From Acidobacteria bacterium RIFCSPLOWO2_12_FULL_67_14b (GTDB lineage: Bacteria; Acidobacteriota; Vicinamibacteria; Vicinamibacterales; UBA2999): a stretch of 64,000 nt of DNA. A program made the position numbers and the translations under genes. Under the pieces are notes generated by a model. That model saw nothing but the letters and a program-made list of their open reading frames with translations. It searched no databases and had not been told where the DNA came from. Below are positions 36,767 through 45,353 of the stretch, one piece after another; the stretch's first letter is position 1; the number at the start of each line of letters is the position of its first letter. The stretch covers positions 12,158 through 76,157 of the forward strand of contig MELE01000065.1 of the NCBI GenBank assembly GCA_001768615.1. The letters are read 5' to 3'.

Positions 36767-37099
36767 ATGGACAACAAGTTTCGACTGATATTTGAACTCG
36801 TTCCTGACGGTGATATGTATCGAGCAAAGTTGAATGTTGATACGCCACACGGCCCACTGCACTTCGACATTCCGAACCGAGATGCGGGCACTGCGCTGAG
36901 GCAAGTACTGAAGGCCATCGAAAGGACAATTCGTCGTAAAAGTGGCCGGAAGCCAAGAAACTACCGGCAGTGTCAATATGTCGCTAATCTCTTGAATCAG
37001 CCCCAAACTTTCGTTTCCGTACCTAAAGACTCCAAAGCAGAGAGCCAACCCCTCGCCAAAGGGGTGATGTCGTCCGTGACCTCCAATCTTCTGCATTGA
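36767..37099 (+). CDS. hypothetical protein
   Basis: 110 aa with a good RBS (aaggag 7 nt upstream of the ATG). No recognisable motifs. Confidence 0.4.
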   Translation: MDNKFRLIFELVPDGDMYRAKLNVDTPHGPLHFDIPNRDAGTALRQVLKAIERTIRRKSGRKPRNYRQCQYVANLLNQPQTFVSVPKDSKAESQPLAKGVMSSVTSNLLH

Positions 37100-37131
37100 A
37101 CCGGCAGCAACTCTGATCGTCCGTTGCAGGA

Positions 37132-37224
37132 GTGGTCCGTGTGTGGTCCGCTTGGTATTCCTCAATAGATCTCTATCGATCACCTGACGGACCACTCTGG
37201 CGGACCACTCTTTTGGACCACTCT
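37132..37224. repeat. iteron-like array: 2x GTGGTCC (11-nt spacing) and 3x GGACCACTCT (13-nt spacing)
   Basis: GTGGTCC lies at 37132 and 37143. GGACCACTCT lies at 37189, 37202 and 37215. That makes five copies of the 7-mer in two opposed blocks around aatagatctctatcgatc. Confidence 0.75.
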
Positions 37225-37279
37225 TCTGGGCTCACTGAGGGGAGGAACGGTGATCGCGTTGCTTGTCAGATAGCCACGG

Positions 37280-37555
37280 ATGTGGTTGATCTCACCTGAC
37301 CAGACCATGCCAAGTCCGCTACCCCCTCTGCCTCGGCTTCCAAGCAAGCCAAGGATGATCGAGTGCGAAGCCTTCATCGGTGGCACATGGCGAACGATCA
37401 CCGCCGAACAAGCACTCGCCACGAACGAGCAAGATGGCCGCTGCATCCATTGCAAAGAACCGGTAAGAGTACACAAAGCATCAAGAAACGGCATGGCTGC
37501 TCACTTTGAGCACCGGGATAGGAGCATGGGGTGCCCCCTCGCCGAGAAGCGATGA
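37280..37555 (+). CDS. small zinc-ribbon protein with CoiA-like N-terminal motif
   Basis: C-x2-C...V.VHK......AHFEH......C (RCIHCKEPVRVHKASRNGMAAHFEHRDRSMGCP) resembles the CoiA N-terminal Zn-ribbon/HF.H motif. The start is ambiguous (37280, 37307 or 37355). Confidence 0.45.
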   Translation: MWLISPDQTMPSPLPPLPRLPSKPRMIECEAFIGGTWRTITAEQALATNEQDGRCIHCKEPVRVHKASRNGMAAHFEHRDRSMGCPLAEKR

Positions 37556-37597
37556 CCTGTGTCAGTGGTATGAACTGACCTTGATTGAAATTAGAGG

Positions 37598-38824
37598 ATG
37601 GACGTAACTGCCGTCGTTGCCGCTGTTGAAGAGGCTCTCGTCAAGTTTTCTGCGAAAAACGAAGAGACTTCACACACCAGCCTGCCCAACCGTTTGCGAG
37701 AAATCGTGCTTGTTCACGAGTCTTCAAAAGGTGTTGAACATGTCCTGTCGGCCCAAGAGGAATTCGCACATGCACCGATGATCAGTTCGCTCGGTGGAGG
37801 CATGGGTTTCAGTCCTCAATTCGTTGCGCCGATGTTGTTACGAGAAGCGCGAATCCGTGGCGTGTCAAGAGCCGTTGAATGGCTGCAAAAGGTACTCGGC
37901 ACCAAGAGTGCACGAGGGATAGCGATCTACACGTTGCGCGGTGTGCGCGTTGATCGTTCAGCGTCTCTTACAAAGGATGTGGACTTAGTACCATTTGAGT
38001 CTCTTCCCGACTCACGTCAGAAAGAGGGCCTGTCCACACCTGCGCTCGCACCGTACCAGACCGTTCCGCTTTATGCGTTTGGCCCGCCGAGTTCTGCGTT
38101 GGTGACGCCGGTTGAAATCACGCCATATCTGGTGAATTCCGCTTCGGTAATACCCCCCACTTCTAGAGCGGATCTTTACGTTCGTTTTGAAGACATTCGG
38201 CACTGTCTCGCGCTTAGCCGAAGCGGTGCCGTCATTCCGGGCCCGTCTTGGTTCCAATACGATGATCCAGATTTGGAAGCAGCATTGCTTGGGAGTTCGT
38301 CGTCTTTCGGGCATCAAGAGGTTGTTCCTCTTGTCCTTGTTGATGACGGTGGCACTGATCTTCAGCAAGCAATCGACACTGTTTCCGGGTTTTATGCGTT
38401 GGAAGATGGCGTCCGTCATCGGGTCCGCACAGCCATGGAGCGAGTCCATTTGGCGTTCATTCGGTCGTCACCTGCCGACAGAGCGTTGGAACTTGCGATT
38501 GCCCTAGAAACGCTGTTGGTGGAGTCGTCGGGCGAAAACACATTCAAGATTGCTCTCAGGGCAGCACTTCTGACCGGTGACGATGTTCAGACTCGTGCCA
38601 CTAACCGGGCAATCATTGGAGCAGCCTACGGGCTTCGGAGTGCCCTGATGCATAGCGGCCAATCACCGGGGCACTGTACGGTGCGCGGCCGTGGCAAGGT
38701 TCCAGCAGCAGAGGTTGCAGCAACAGCGACGGGAATCACCGTCGCCGTGATCCAACGGATCTTGAGGGATCGGCAACTACCAGATTGGAACGCTCTTGAA
38801 CTCGCAGGTGGCACCGCACGATAG
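37598..38824 (+). CDS. Apea-like HEPN-domain protein (paralogue 1)
   Basis: 408 aa. The C-terminal helical region reads ALELAIALETLL...FKIALRAALL...AAYGLRSALMHSG, with the Rx4H HEPN motif at 38636-38653. The N-terminal ~270 aa is unassigned. Confidence 0.6.
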   Translation: MDVTAVVAAVEEALVKFSAKNEETSHTSLPNRLREIVLVHESSKGVEHVLSAQEEFAHAPMISSLGGGMGFSPQFVAPMLLREARIRGVSRAVEWLQKVLGTKSARGIAIYTLRGVRVDRSASLTKDVDLVPFESLPDSRQKEGLSTPALAPYQTVPLYAFGPPSSALVTPVEITPYLVNSASVIPPTSRADLYVRFEDIRHCLALSRSGAVIPGPSWFQYDDPDLEAALLGSSSSFGHQEVVPLVLVDDGGTDLQQAIDTVSGFYALEDGVRHRVRTAMERVHLAFIRSSPADRALELAIALETLLVESSGENTFKIALRAALLTGDDVQTRATNRAIIGAAYGLRSALMHSGQSPGHCTVRGRGKVPAAEVAATATGITVAVIQRILRDRQLPDWNALELAGGTAR

Positions 38825-39058
38825 AGAGCCGGGCGGTGTACCTTCCTCACCCGGCGTCCCTGCGTCTGCGGAAAGAGACTGCGCGCCCGCTGATCGGTGC
38901 ATTAGCGAAGGTGTTGTCGCGCTGTCTGTAAACGCCCCACCTCGATTCGGAAAATAGTCGCGGCGACCGAGCAGGAGACGCGACCATCATGGCAACCTCT
39001 GAATACATGGGATAGATCGGATGCTCGGCGCGGTGTGAAACAGTGTTAGATTCCCGCC

Positions 39059-40414
39059 GTGAGGATCGAGGAGTTGGACGCGACTGCACTGGCCGCCGAA
39101 CCGCCCCAAGAACACGGCCTGATATTCCTGCCGTTCGTGCGATTGAAACAGACCTACGCTGTGGCCGGGGTTGAATTTGTTCCCCTCCGCGACGGTAACG
39201 GGAACCTGCCGCCTGTTCTTCAGTCGGCCGCGAGTGCCGTCGACCAGATCCTTTCGGGGTATGTGGATCGGCACGGCGAGCGGTTTAGGAACTGTGTGGT
39301 GGCGACGATTCCGAGTAAAGGGTGGGATCTCAAAGAGGATGACTTCGGCACCGTGGAATGGGCAGCCTCGTTGCTGTTTCTGGCGTCGTGGGCACGGAAC
39401 GAGTATTTCCCGCGTTTTGGCGGCACTTATGTCAATTCGAGCAACTTCAGGCCGGTGGGCCAACGCTTCACCGGTGACGTGCCAACCTACATCTCGATCT
39501 CGGCGCGTCGGCGCGATGGCCATGTAAGCGACGGCGGCTACAAGCACGGCAAGTTCACTTTCGCCCTTCCGGTCCAATGCTCCATTCGTGAAAACGCGGA
39601 TGTGGACGAAGCATTTCTAAAGGCACTCGACAACGCCAATACGTCGGGTGCGGCGACTATCGGTCGTTTGCGCACCGCGATGCCGTTTATTCAACTGGCG
39701 AATACTGACGACGACTTCGTGATCGGACTCGCGGAGGCGATTCTGATGGGGTCAGCATTCGAGCAGTTGGTGCGCGCCGACGGCAGCGCGTACAGACTTG
39801 CGCAGAAATTCGGCCAGTTGTTTACGCAATTCGGAAGTGTGACCGTGGAAGAGGCTCAGAAAACGCGGCAGGATATTTCGCTCGATGCCAGTCCTAACGA
39901 TCACGCTGTCTGGCGCGCTTGGAAGTATCTCCGACGATGGATTCCTCAAACTGTCAGCACACAGAAGATCGATGCGTTCTTGGCAGCCTACGTGAAGGCC
40001 GCCCACCTGAAGTGGTGGGTGCATAGGAAGTGGATCGAGGAATTGTACGACCTTCGCAGCAAGGTTGTTCATAAGGGGACTCACGGAAGCCGTAAGTGGG
40101 GATGGACGTTGTTCGAACACCTTGTGATGGCAGCGCATGGGCTCCCGTTGGCGGTGAAACTGCTGCTTGTGGAGAATCGCTTTTATCAGTTGAGTGACGA
40201 AGACCGGATTCGCTGTCTGGCGGTCGACAGGCTTTTGCACTCGACCCGGTGGGTCGATAGGCGTGACGTTGCTGAGGAGTCGCCGGACACATGGACTGCA
40301 ATCAGATCAAAAATTCGGCAGGATTTGAATTGGGAGAGGGCGTGGGAAGCGGTCCGGAAGAAGCATCCGGATATGTTTGACGGGGAAGACGCGCCGAGTG
40401 GTGGCTTTTCCTAG
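39059..40414 (+). CDS. Apea-like HEPN-domain protein (paralogue 2)
   Basis: 451 aa with a GTG start. ELYDLRSKVVHKG gives an Rx4H motif at 40055-40072. The N-terminal domain is different from paralogue 1. Confidence 0.6.
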   Translation: MRIEELDATALAAEPPQEHGLIFLPFVRLKQTYAVAGVEFVPLRDGNGNLPPVLQSAASAVDQILSGYVDRHGERFRNCVVATIPSKGWDLKEDDFGTVEWAASLLFLASWARNEYFPRFGGTYVNSSNFRPVGQRFTGDVPTYISISARRRDGHVSDGGYKHGKFTFALPVQCSIRENADVDEAFLKALDNANTSGAATIGRLRTAMPFIQLANTDDDFVIGLAEAILMGSAFEQLVRADGSAYRLAQKFGQLFTQFGSVTVEEAQKTRQDISLDASPNDHAVWRAWKYLRRWIPQTVSTQKIDAFLAAYVKAAHLKWWVHRKWIEELYDLRSKVVHKGTHGSRKWGWTLFEHLVMAAHGLPLAVKLLLVENRFYQLSDEDRIRCLAVDRLLHSTRWVDRRDVAEESPDTWTAIRSKIRQDLNWERAWEAVRKKHPDMFDGEDAPSGGFS

Positions 40415-40457
40415 TGGCCCGAACACGGAAGAATGATCACGTGGGTAGGAGCAAAGA

Positions 40458-40793
40458 ATGACGACGACTAGACTACCGTTCTTTTCAGAGCACGTGACGG
40501 GCTCAGTCGGAGCGCGGCTATTCATGCTGGCATACCGTTTAACCCAAGTCGTGCATATGGCCAGTGTGGTCAGTGCTGATCGGGATCAAGACAAAAAGGT
40601 AAAACTTTTGAAGGCCCTTCGGGAGATCGCTTCGGACCTGTATTTCGAGGTAGCGGCACTTGATCCCGTACTGCCGGCCGATGTCGGAAGGATTGACGCG
40701 CCCGATGTTGCTACGAGTAAAGACCCGGAGACACGCATTCGGCTGGTCGGAGAAGCCTACGCGCAATACCGCAAACAGGGTGGCCTAGAGTAA
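40458..40793 (+). CDS. hypothetical protein
   Basis: 111 aa, same strand, 43 nt after the HEPN gene. No motifs recognised. Confidence 0.4.
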   Translation: MTTTRLPFFSEHVTGSVGARLFMLAYRLTQVVHMASVVSADRDQDKKVKLLKALREIASDLYFEVAALDPVLPADVGRIDAPDVATSKDPETRIRLVGEAYAQYRKQGGLE

Positions 40794-40840
40794 CGGTTAA
40801 GTGGATCAGTTAAGTACGGTAGTTAATTGTTCGCAAGCCG

Positions 40841-41365
40841 TTGCCGCACCTGACCGTTGACGCGTTGTTCACTGCACTCAAGGATCGCTTGTCGGCCCCG
40901 GGTTACCAGCCGTCCTACGTTGACGAGTCCGCTTTTGAGCGGGACGTATGGAGCCGCGTGTGTGAGTTGGTGGAGGATGCGAGTGACGACGCGGGTACTT
41001 GCTGCCTCACGTCACACACCGGCCTTCCGGGACGTTCGGCCTCTCAATGGGCGACTTTCTGCGCTGAGGACCAAGGCCCTGACGTGAGGGCGCTCGGCAG
41101 CAACAACCGGTTGGATATTGTCGTGAGGCTGCCGGACAAGTCGGGGTCTGTGGGCATTGAAGTGAAGTGCTTGGGCGGAGATGGCCACCCCGGAAAACTC
41201 ACACAGGGTATCGGCCAAGCGATACTCGCCCTTGCGCACCGAGATCGAACGTTATTGATGATTCATTGCGGCACCGTTGCTGCCGACGAGCGCGAGCGGC
41301 TCCGGACAATCGCAAAGGACATCTGCCGAGACATGGAACGTTTTTTCATCGTCGTCGTACCCTAA
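40841..41365 (+). CDS. small PD-(D/E)xK nuclease-like protein
   Basis: 174 aa with a TTG start. NNRLDIVVRLPDKSGSVGIEVKCLG fits the D...E.K core followed by Q.IGQ. Confidence 0.45.
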   Translation: MPHLTVDALFTALKDRLSAPGYQPSYVDESAFERDVWSRVCELVEDASDDAGTCCLTSHTGLPGRSASQWATFCAEDQGPDVRALGSNNRLDIVVRLPDKSGSVGIEVKCLGGDGHPGKLTQGIGQAILALAHRDRTLLMIHCGTVAADERERLRTIAKDICRDMERFFIVVVP

Positions 41366-41375
41366 TACTGCCCGT

Positions 41376-41436
41376 CCTGCCCGACATGCAGAAGGACGCG
41401 GCGGCGGCGCTCGGTGGGCTGTTGTACGGACGATAA
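41376..41436 (+). repeat. mini-ORF repeat copy 1 (…PDMQKDAAAALGGLLYGR*)
   Basis: About 75% identical (hand count, 38/51 from the ATG) to 42934-42996. Seven of the 13 differences are synonymous in the shared frame. Confidence 0.65.
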
Positions 41437-41505
41437 TGGTTCGGAAGAAGGTTCGATTCCACTATCCGTTATCCGCTGACATCAAGAATGAGGGTGCCTC
41501 GTTCC

Positions 41506-42399
41506 TTAGACGCGACCCGTCGCTCGCAGCACTCTCCAGATTACCGAAAACATTCGGAGGAACAGCCAGTCAAAGTCCAGATCAGTATCAATGGAGGTCT
41601 TGTACGTTTCGTGGTGCCGAATCGTATATCCGTTTCCTATTCCGGTAAGAGCGGCGAATTCCGCTTCGAGTAGCGCCTTGATTTCGTTCTTATTCGCCGC
41701 CTTCGTCAAGAGTTGATCGGCTGATGCGTTCTTCTGCTTGTCTTGAGGAATCTCAATTGTCTTTAGACGCTCGAAAACATCCCAGAGAAGTTCAACAGCG
41801 GCTCTATGACTTGTTGGATTTGGATCTCTGAACTGCCGGACGGAGTTTTCGAGCATTTCATCGAGAGTCGTATCGCCTGTGTGAAAACCGACCACGATAA
41901 TCGTCTCTAGTGTCGGCGGGACAATTCGACCGACGTGCCCGCGTCCTTCCGTGTCCTGCTCCAACCGATAGGCCAGACCAAACCTTGTAAATAGGTCGTT
42001 TACCTCGGCTAGAAATTCCGCCTTACCCCGTGGACCGTCGAAGTCTAGATGGTGATGGGAGAAGTGTGCATGCCAATCAGCGTTCATCGGATACGCGACG
42101 TGCCGATGCACAAATTCGAGAAGGTTCAGGACGCGGAGCGGTAGCGAGTCTCCCAGAAGGTAGTCTGGATCTGGCGAGTCAAATCGCAGCGATGTCAAAG
42201 CCTCCCCCCAAAAAGCGTTCCTATTCGTCCCGATGATCTGCTGAGGGGGATCGCTGCAACGACGTGGAAAACCGCGAGCCAGCCAGCCTCGCTCGCACAG
42301 GCCCTCCAGCCAACCGCGTGTTGCCTCAATGAATTCCGTCGAGATGTGGTCGTCGGTTTGGGGGGGCACGTCGCCCTCGCGCTCGGTGAAATACGCCAT
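41506..42399 (-). CDS. AbiJ-like abortive-infection-related protein (AbiJ-NTD4-like N-terminus, C-terminal GNGYTIRHHE motif)
   Basis: 297 aa. The N-terminal MAYFTEREG... and the C-terminal LWDVFERLKT...LTGIGNGYTIRHHE resemble AbiJ-N-terminal-domain-4/HEPN-AbiJ proteins as I recall them. Not verified. Confidence 0.45.
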   Translation of the reverse strand: MAYFTEREGDVPPQTDDHISTEFIEATRGWLEGLCERGWLARGFPRRCSDPPQQIIGTNRNAFWGEALTSLRFDSPDPDYLLGDSLPLRVLNLLEFVHRHVAYPMNADWHAHFSHHHLDFDGPRGKAEFLAEVNDLFTRFGLAYRLEQDTEGRGHVGRIVPPTLETIIVVGFHTGDTTLDEMLENSVRQFRDPNPTSHRAAVELLWDVFERLKTIEIPQDKQKNASADQLLTKAANKNEIKALLEAEFAALTGIGNGYTIRHHETYKTSIDTDLDFDWLFLRMFSVIWRVLRATGRV

Positions 42400-42578
42400 G
42401 GAACTATTCTGACCGGCAGCAGGTGCGAACCGCGCACCCGACTGGCTCGCGGAACCGCGTAATTACAGCGAGTGGCCCCACTTCAACGCATTCGTGGACA
42501 AACGGCCCGACAGGAACCGCCAGAAATACAAAGAGGCTCGGAGTGTCGCAACCGTACCGAGGCGGCCAGAAATGAATG

Positions 42579-42878
42579 TCACTTCAGTTGTTCTGCCGCT
42601 TGGAACATCTTGTCGTACGCCGAGACGCTTCGCTTGCAGTGTTCCGCGTACTGTTCAAGGGTCATACCGAGGCGGGCTGATTCGGTCGTCCAGAATCGGA
42701 CCACGAATTCGTTGCCGCCCGACATCTGCGTAGTCTCTTGGAAGGTGAGTTGTTGCGTCAGGATGCCGCAAGCCCCGGCGGCCTTCCCCACGACTAGAAA
42801 GGACTGAAGACTCAGGTCGGGTGTCTGCGCGGCAGTTGTAGTTACAACGGTAAACAGAAGGACGGCGATAATTCTCAT
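42579..42878 (-). CDS. small secreted hypothetical protein
   Basis: 99 aa with the signal peptide MRIIAVLLFTVVTTTAAQ. Confidence 0.5.
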   Translation of the reverse strand: MRIIAVLLFTVVTTTAAQTPDLSLQSFLVVGKAAGACGILTQQLTFQETTQMSGGNEFVVRFWTTESARLGMTLEQYAEHCKRSVSAYDKMFQAAEQLK

Positions 42879-42933
42879 CTCGTCACCTCGGAGGGCGTGA
42901 ACGCTTCTGACAGAGATATTGGCAATTCAGCCG

Positions 42934-42996
42934 CCTGCCCCCCGCATGCAGCAGGGCGCGGCGCGGACGCTAGGCGGATTGCTGTACGGGCGGTGA
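42934..42996 (+). repeat. mini-ORF repeat copy 2 (…PRMQQGAARTLGGLLYGR*)
   Basis: See 41376-41436. The frame opens immediately after a TGA at 42898-42900. Confidence 0.65.
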
Positions 42997-43122
42997 CAAC
43001 TTGGACCGCATGTACGGCCGATTTGAAAGGGTCCGACTGCCACTGCTCCGGCTCACGGTCGCTTTCGACGCTCTGACTCTATTGCTGAGGGGCGGATGTA
43101 ACTAAGGACGCGGGGCGGGTGA

Positions 43123-43548
43123 CTATTTCTTGCTACGGGATTTTGACGGGGTGGAGCGATAGTGCCCTCGGACGTACGTGCCATCTTTGCGATAGTAACC
43201 GTCTACCGGAACCGTTTTGGGACGCCCGGTTTCCTCGCTGATGTCGCCCGCGCAAGATCCGTTCTCCGCGCACGCACCAGAGGCGACGGAGGAGTGGGTA
43301 GGTATGTCAGCGACAACTACGCACTGTCCACCAACATTCCCGTAGCCGTTGTCGCACAGCAGCGTTGAGCCGTAGTAGTGACCGTTGGTGACGGCGGCTA
43401 GCGCGGCGCATCGCCCGCCAGTGTCGCGGTAGCCGTTGTCGCACAGCAGCGTCGAGCCATAGTAGTGACCGTTGGCGACTGTCTGGCCGCTTACCGCAGA
43501 TGCGCTGACGAGAAGTGCGACGAAGAACGCTGAGATGAACTTCGACAT
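43123..43548 (-). CDS. secreted Cys-rich protein with internal NGHYYGSTLLCDNGY duplication
   Basis: Starts at MSKFISAFFVALLVSASAVSG (43548). Two ~48-nt DNA repeats encode the duplicated motif. The C-terminus reads GYYRKDGTYVRGHYRS. Confidence 0.6.
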   Translation of the reverse strand: MSKFISAFFVALLVSASAVSGQTVANGHYYGSTLLCDNGYRDTGGRCAALAAVTNGHYYGSTLLCDNGYGNVGGQCVVVADIPTHSSVASGACAENGSCAGDISEETGRPKTVPVDGYYRKDGTYVRGHYRSTPSKSRSKK

Positions 43549-43949
43549 TGTGTTCCTTTCGACGGCTCGCGTCAGTCTCGGTGGGGGCCCCGACCGCGTC
43601 CGCCGATGAACCGACAATACAGCCTCAGTGTCTCACGAATCCTAACCGAGCCACGGTCGAGGAACCAAATGGAAATGATTGGTATGGACTAGTTCGGTAC
43701 GTGGACAAACGGTGGACAAAAGGTAGACCGAGCCTCAAAAAGACTCGGTCTTACGTGGTTCCGAGGTGTGGTGCGGAAGGGGAATCGCCCGCGTTCGTGG
43801 GCAATCGGTGGACAGGCACCGTACAAGTTTGGGGAGTTCTACACCGCGTTGCGCGCGAACGAGATCGATAATGTCTGATTGCGATTGGAGTCGCTAACGA
43901 TGCCAACGGGCTCTTCATCCCATCCGCTTCGCGTATCTTTGATGGTTTT

Positions 43950-44612
43950 ATGAACAAGGTGGGACGCTTCGTAACGGCGTTCACTCGATGGATTCTTGAG
44001 GCATGGCGTGTATGGTGCCCGATTCTGGTCGTTGCACTGGTTCTCGGTGTCGCGTCACTGCTCGCTTATCCTTTGTCGGAGCGGCTGATCAGGTTGTCCG
44101 GACTGACATTCCAACTATTGGGAATCGCTACGGTGATTGCAGGTTTACAGGGTAGACGCCGCCTGTTCAATCGCCCGTCCCTTTTGGAAAGTATCCGCAC
44201 GTGGTTTCGGGGACGGCCGCGTTGGAGGCCACAGTCTCAAACAGTTGCAGCGACCGGTGTAGCAGTGGGCATCTCAGTAGGCAATGCTAAAGCCTACGGG
44301 TGGCGCGGGGTTGTGGCTAACGCCTCCGTGGAAGATCGATTGACCACATTGGAGGCGAATGTTGCGACTGTGCGTAGGCGGCAAGAGGAGACGGTAGATG
44401 AATTGTGGAAGGCGAATGCAAACGTGAGTAACGCCGTAGCCAAGGAGCGCACCGAACGAACGTCAGCAATTTCCGGCCTTCGCGTTCAAGTCGATAACCT
44501 CGGTGCAGGGTCACTCCACATTGAGATGATGGGAGTCTATTGGCTCATCGCAGGGACCGTATTGGCAACGGTGCCCGCAGAACTCGCGGTACTGCTGGAT
44601 GGGCTCTGGTAG
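43950..44612 (+). CDS. membrane protein: two N-terminal TM helices, coiled coil, C-terminal TM helix
   Basis: 220 aa. The hydrophobic segments are ILVVALVLGVASLLAY, LTFQLLGIATVIAGL and VYWLIAGTVLATV. The central segment is heptad-like. Confidence 0.5.
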   Translation: MNKVGRFVTAFTRWILEAWRVWCPILVVALVLGVASLLAYPLSERLIRLSGLTFQLLGIATVIAGLQGRRRLFNRPSLLESIRTWFRGRPRWRPQSQTVAATGVAVGISVGNAKAYGWRGVVANASVEDRLTTLEANVATVRRRQEETVDELWKANANVSNAVAKERTERTSAISGLRVQVDNLGAGSLHIEMMGVYWLIAGTVLATVPAELAVLLDGLW

Positions 44613-44644
44613 GGGCAGACCGATCCGTAGGCCCTCGTGATCTC

Positions 44645-44896
44645 TCAGGGGCCGTCAACGTCCGGACGGCTGGATTGGAGACGCGGATCGCTGATCATTC
44701 TCCTGAAGCGGTGGTCACGCCGCGCCGTCATCTCCGCGTAGATCGACGCGGCGGTGTCCGCGTGTGCCCGCCGAAACGCTGACGACTGACGGGGCAGTCC
44801 GGTGATCGGAAGGGTGGGGTTCTTCAGCACGGTTGAGAGCCGGTGGTGTATCTTCCTCACCCTGCTTCTCTGCGCGCCCGGCAAGCGGCTCGCCAT
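44645..44896 (-). pseudogene. fragment paralogous to the C-terminus of 49028..49687
   Basis: ...ITGLPRQSSAFRRAHADTAASIYAEMTARRD... compares with ...RTGFPRRQSEYRRAHAEAAATIYEDMVTRLD.... Only the ~70 C-terminal residues are alignable. Confidence 0.4.
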
Positions 44897-44912
44897 GCGG
44901 TAGACTCACGCC

Positions 44913-45272
44913 GTGAACGGGTGGGATTACGCCGCTATCGTGTTGGTCTGGTATTTCCTATCGGCGCGCACGGCGGTTGGGAACCACTTCCATCTCAATA
45001 CGACAACGAGGCTGTTATGGCCGCTCTTCCTCGGGTCGCTCATACCTCGAAACATCCGTCACGCTGGCTTCCGAAAGGAACTCTTTCGCACGGTCGCCCT
45101 CCTGCTGCTGCTGGCCGTCATCGCCGTTGGGGCTTACTACGTTGCTGCTTACATTTCTACGAACGCTTTGATTCGTTTTCTTCTGATATTTCTACTGACA
45201 AGCCTCGGGACAATCGTTCTATTCGCGGGAGGAGCCGTCGTCTACGGATTGTTCGACCGTAACACTCGATAA
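44913..45272 (+). CDS. hypothetical 4-TM membrane protein
   Basis: 119 aa with a GTG start and four hydrophobic helices. Confidence 0.45.
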   Translation: MNGWDYAAIVLVWYFLSARTAVGNHFHLNTTTRLLWPLFLGSLIPRNIRHAGFRKELFRTVALLLLLAVIAVGAYYVAAYISTNALIRFLLIFLLTSLGTIVLFAGGAVVYGLFDRNTR

Positions 45273-45353
45273 CCATGCAACTACATTCAGATCTGGCACA
45301 CGTCCCGCCTGCTCCAAGGCGAGCGCGCCGGTAGTGACACAACAGGAGGTCGT

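Noticed and set aside
38626-38850. 74-aa minus-strand ORF (MRKVHRPALY...) that shares the RVRK(V/I)H peptide with the 44645..44896 fragment.
   Set aside because: It is almost entirely antisense to the 3' end of the HEPN-1 gene, and the similarity is confined to the ~36-nt DNA repeat. I report it as a DNA repeat, not a gene.
41440-41475. T-loop-like GGTTCGATTCC as the missing 3' half of the tRNA-Ser or another tRNA.
   Set aside because: The flanking bases cannot form a T-stem (gaagg versus ccact). No acceptor 3' strand complementary to GGAGAGA follows, and it lies 5 kb from the 5' half.
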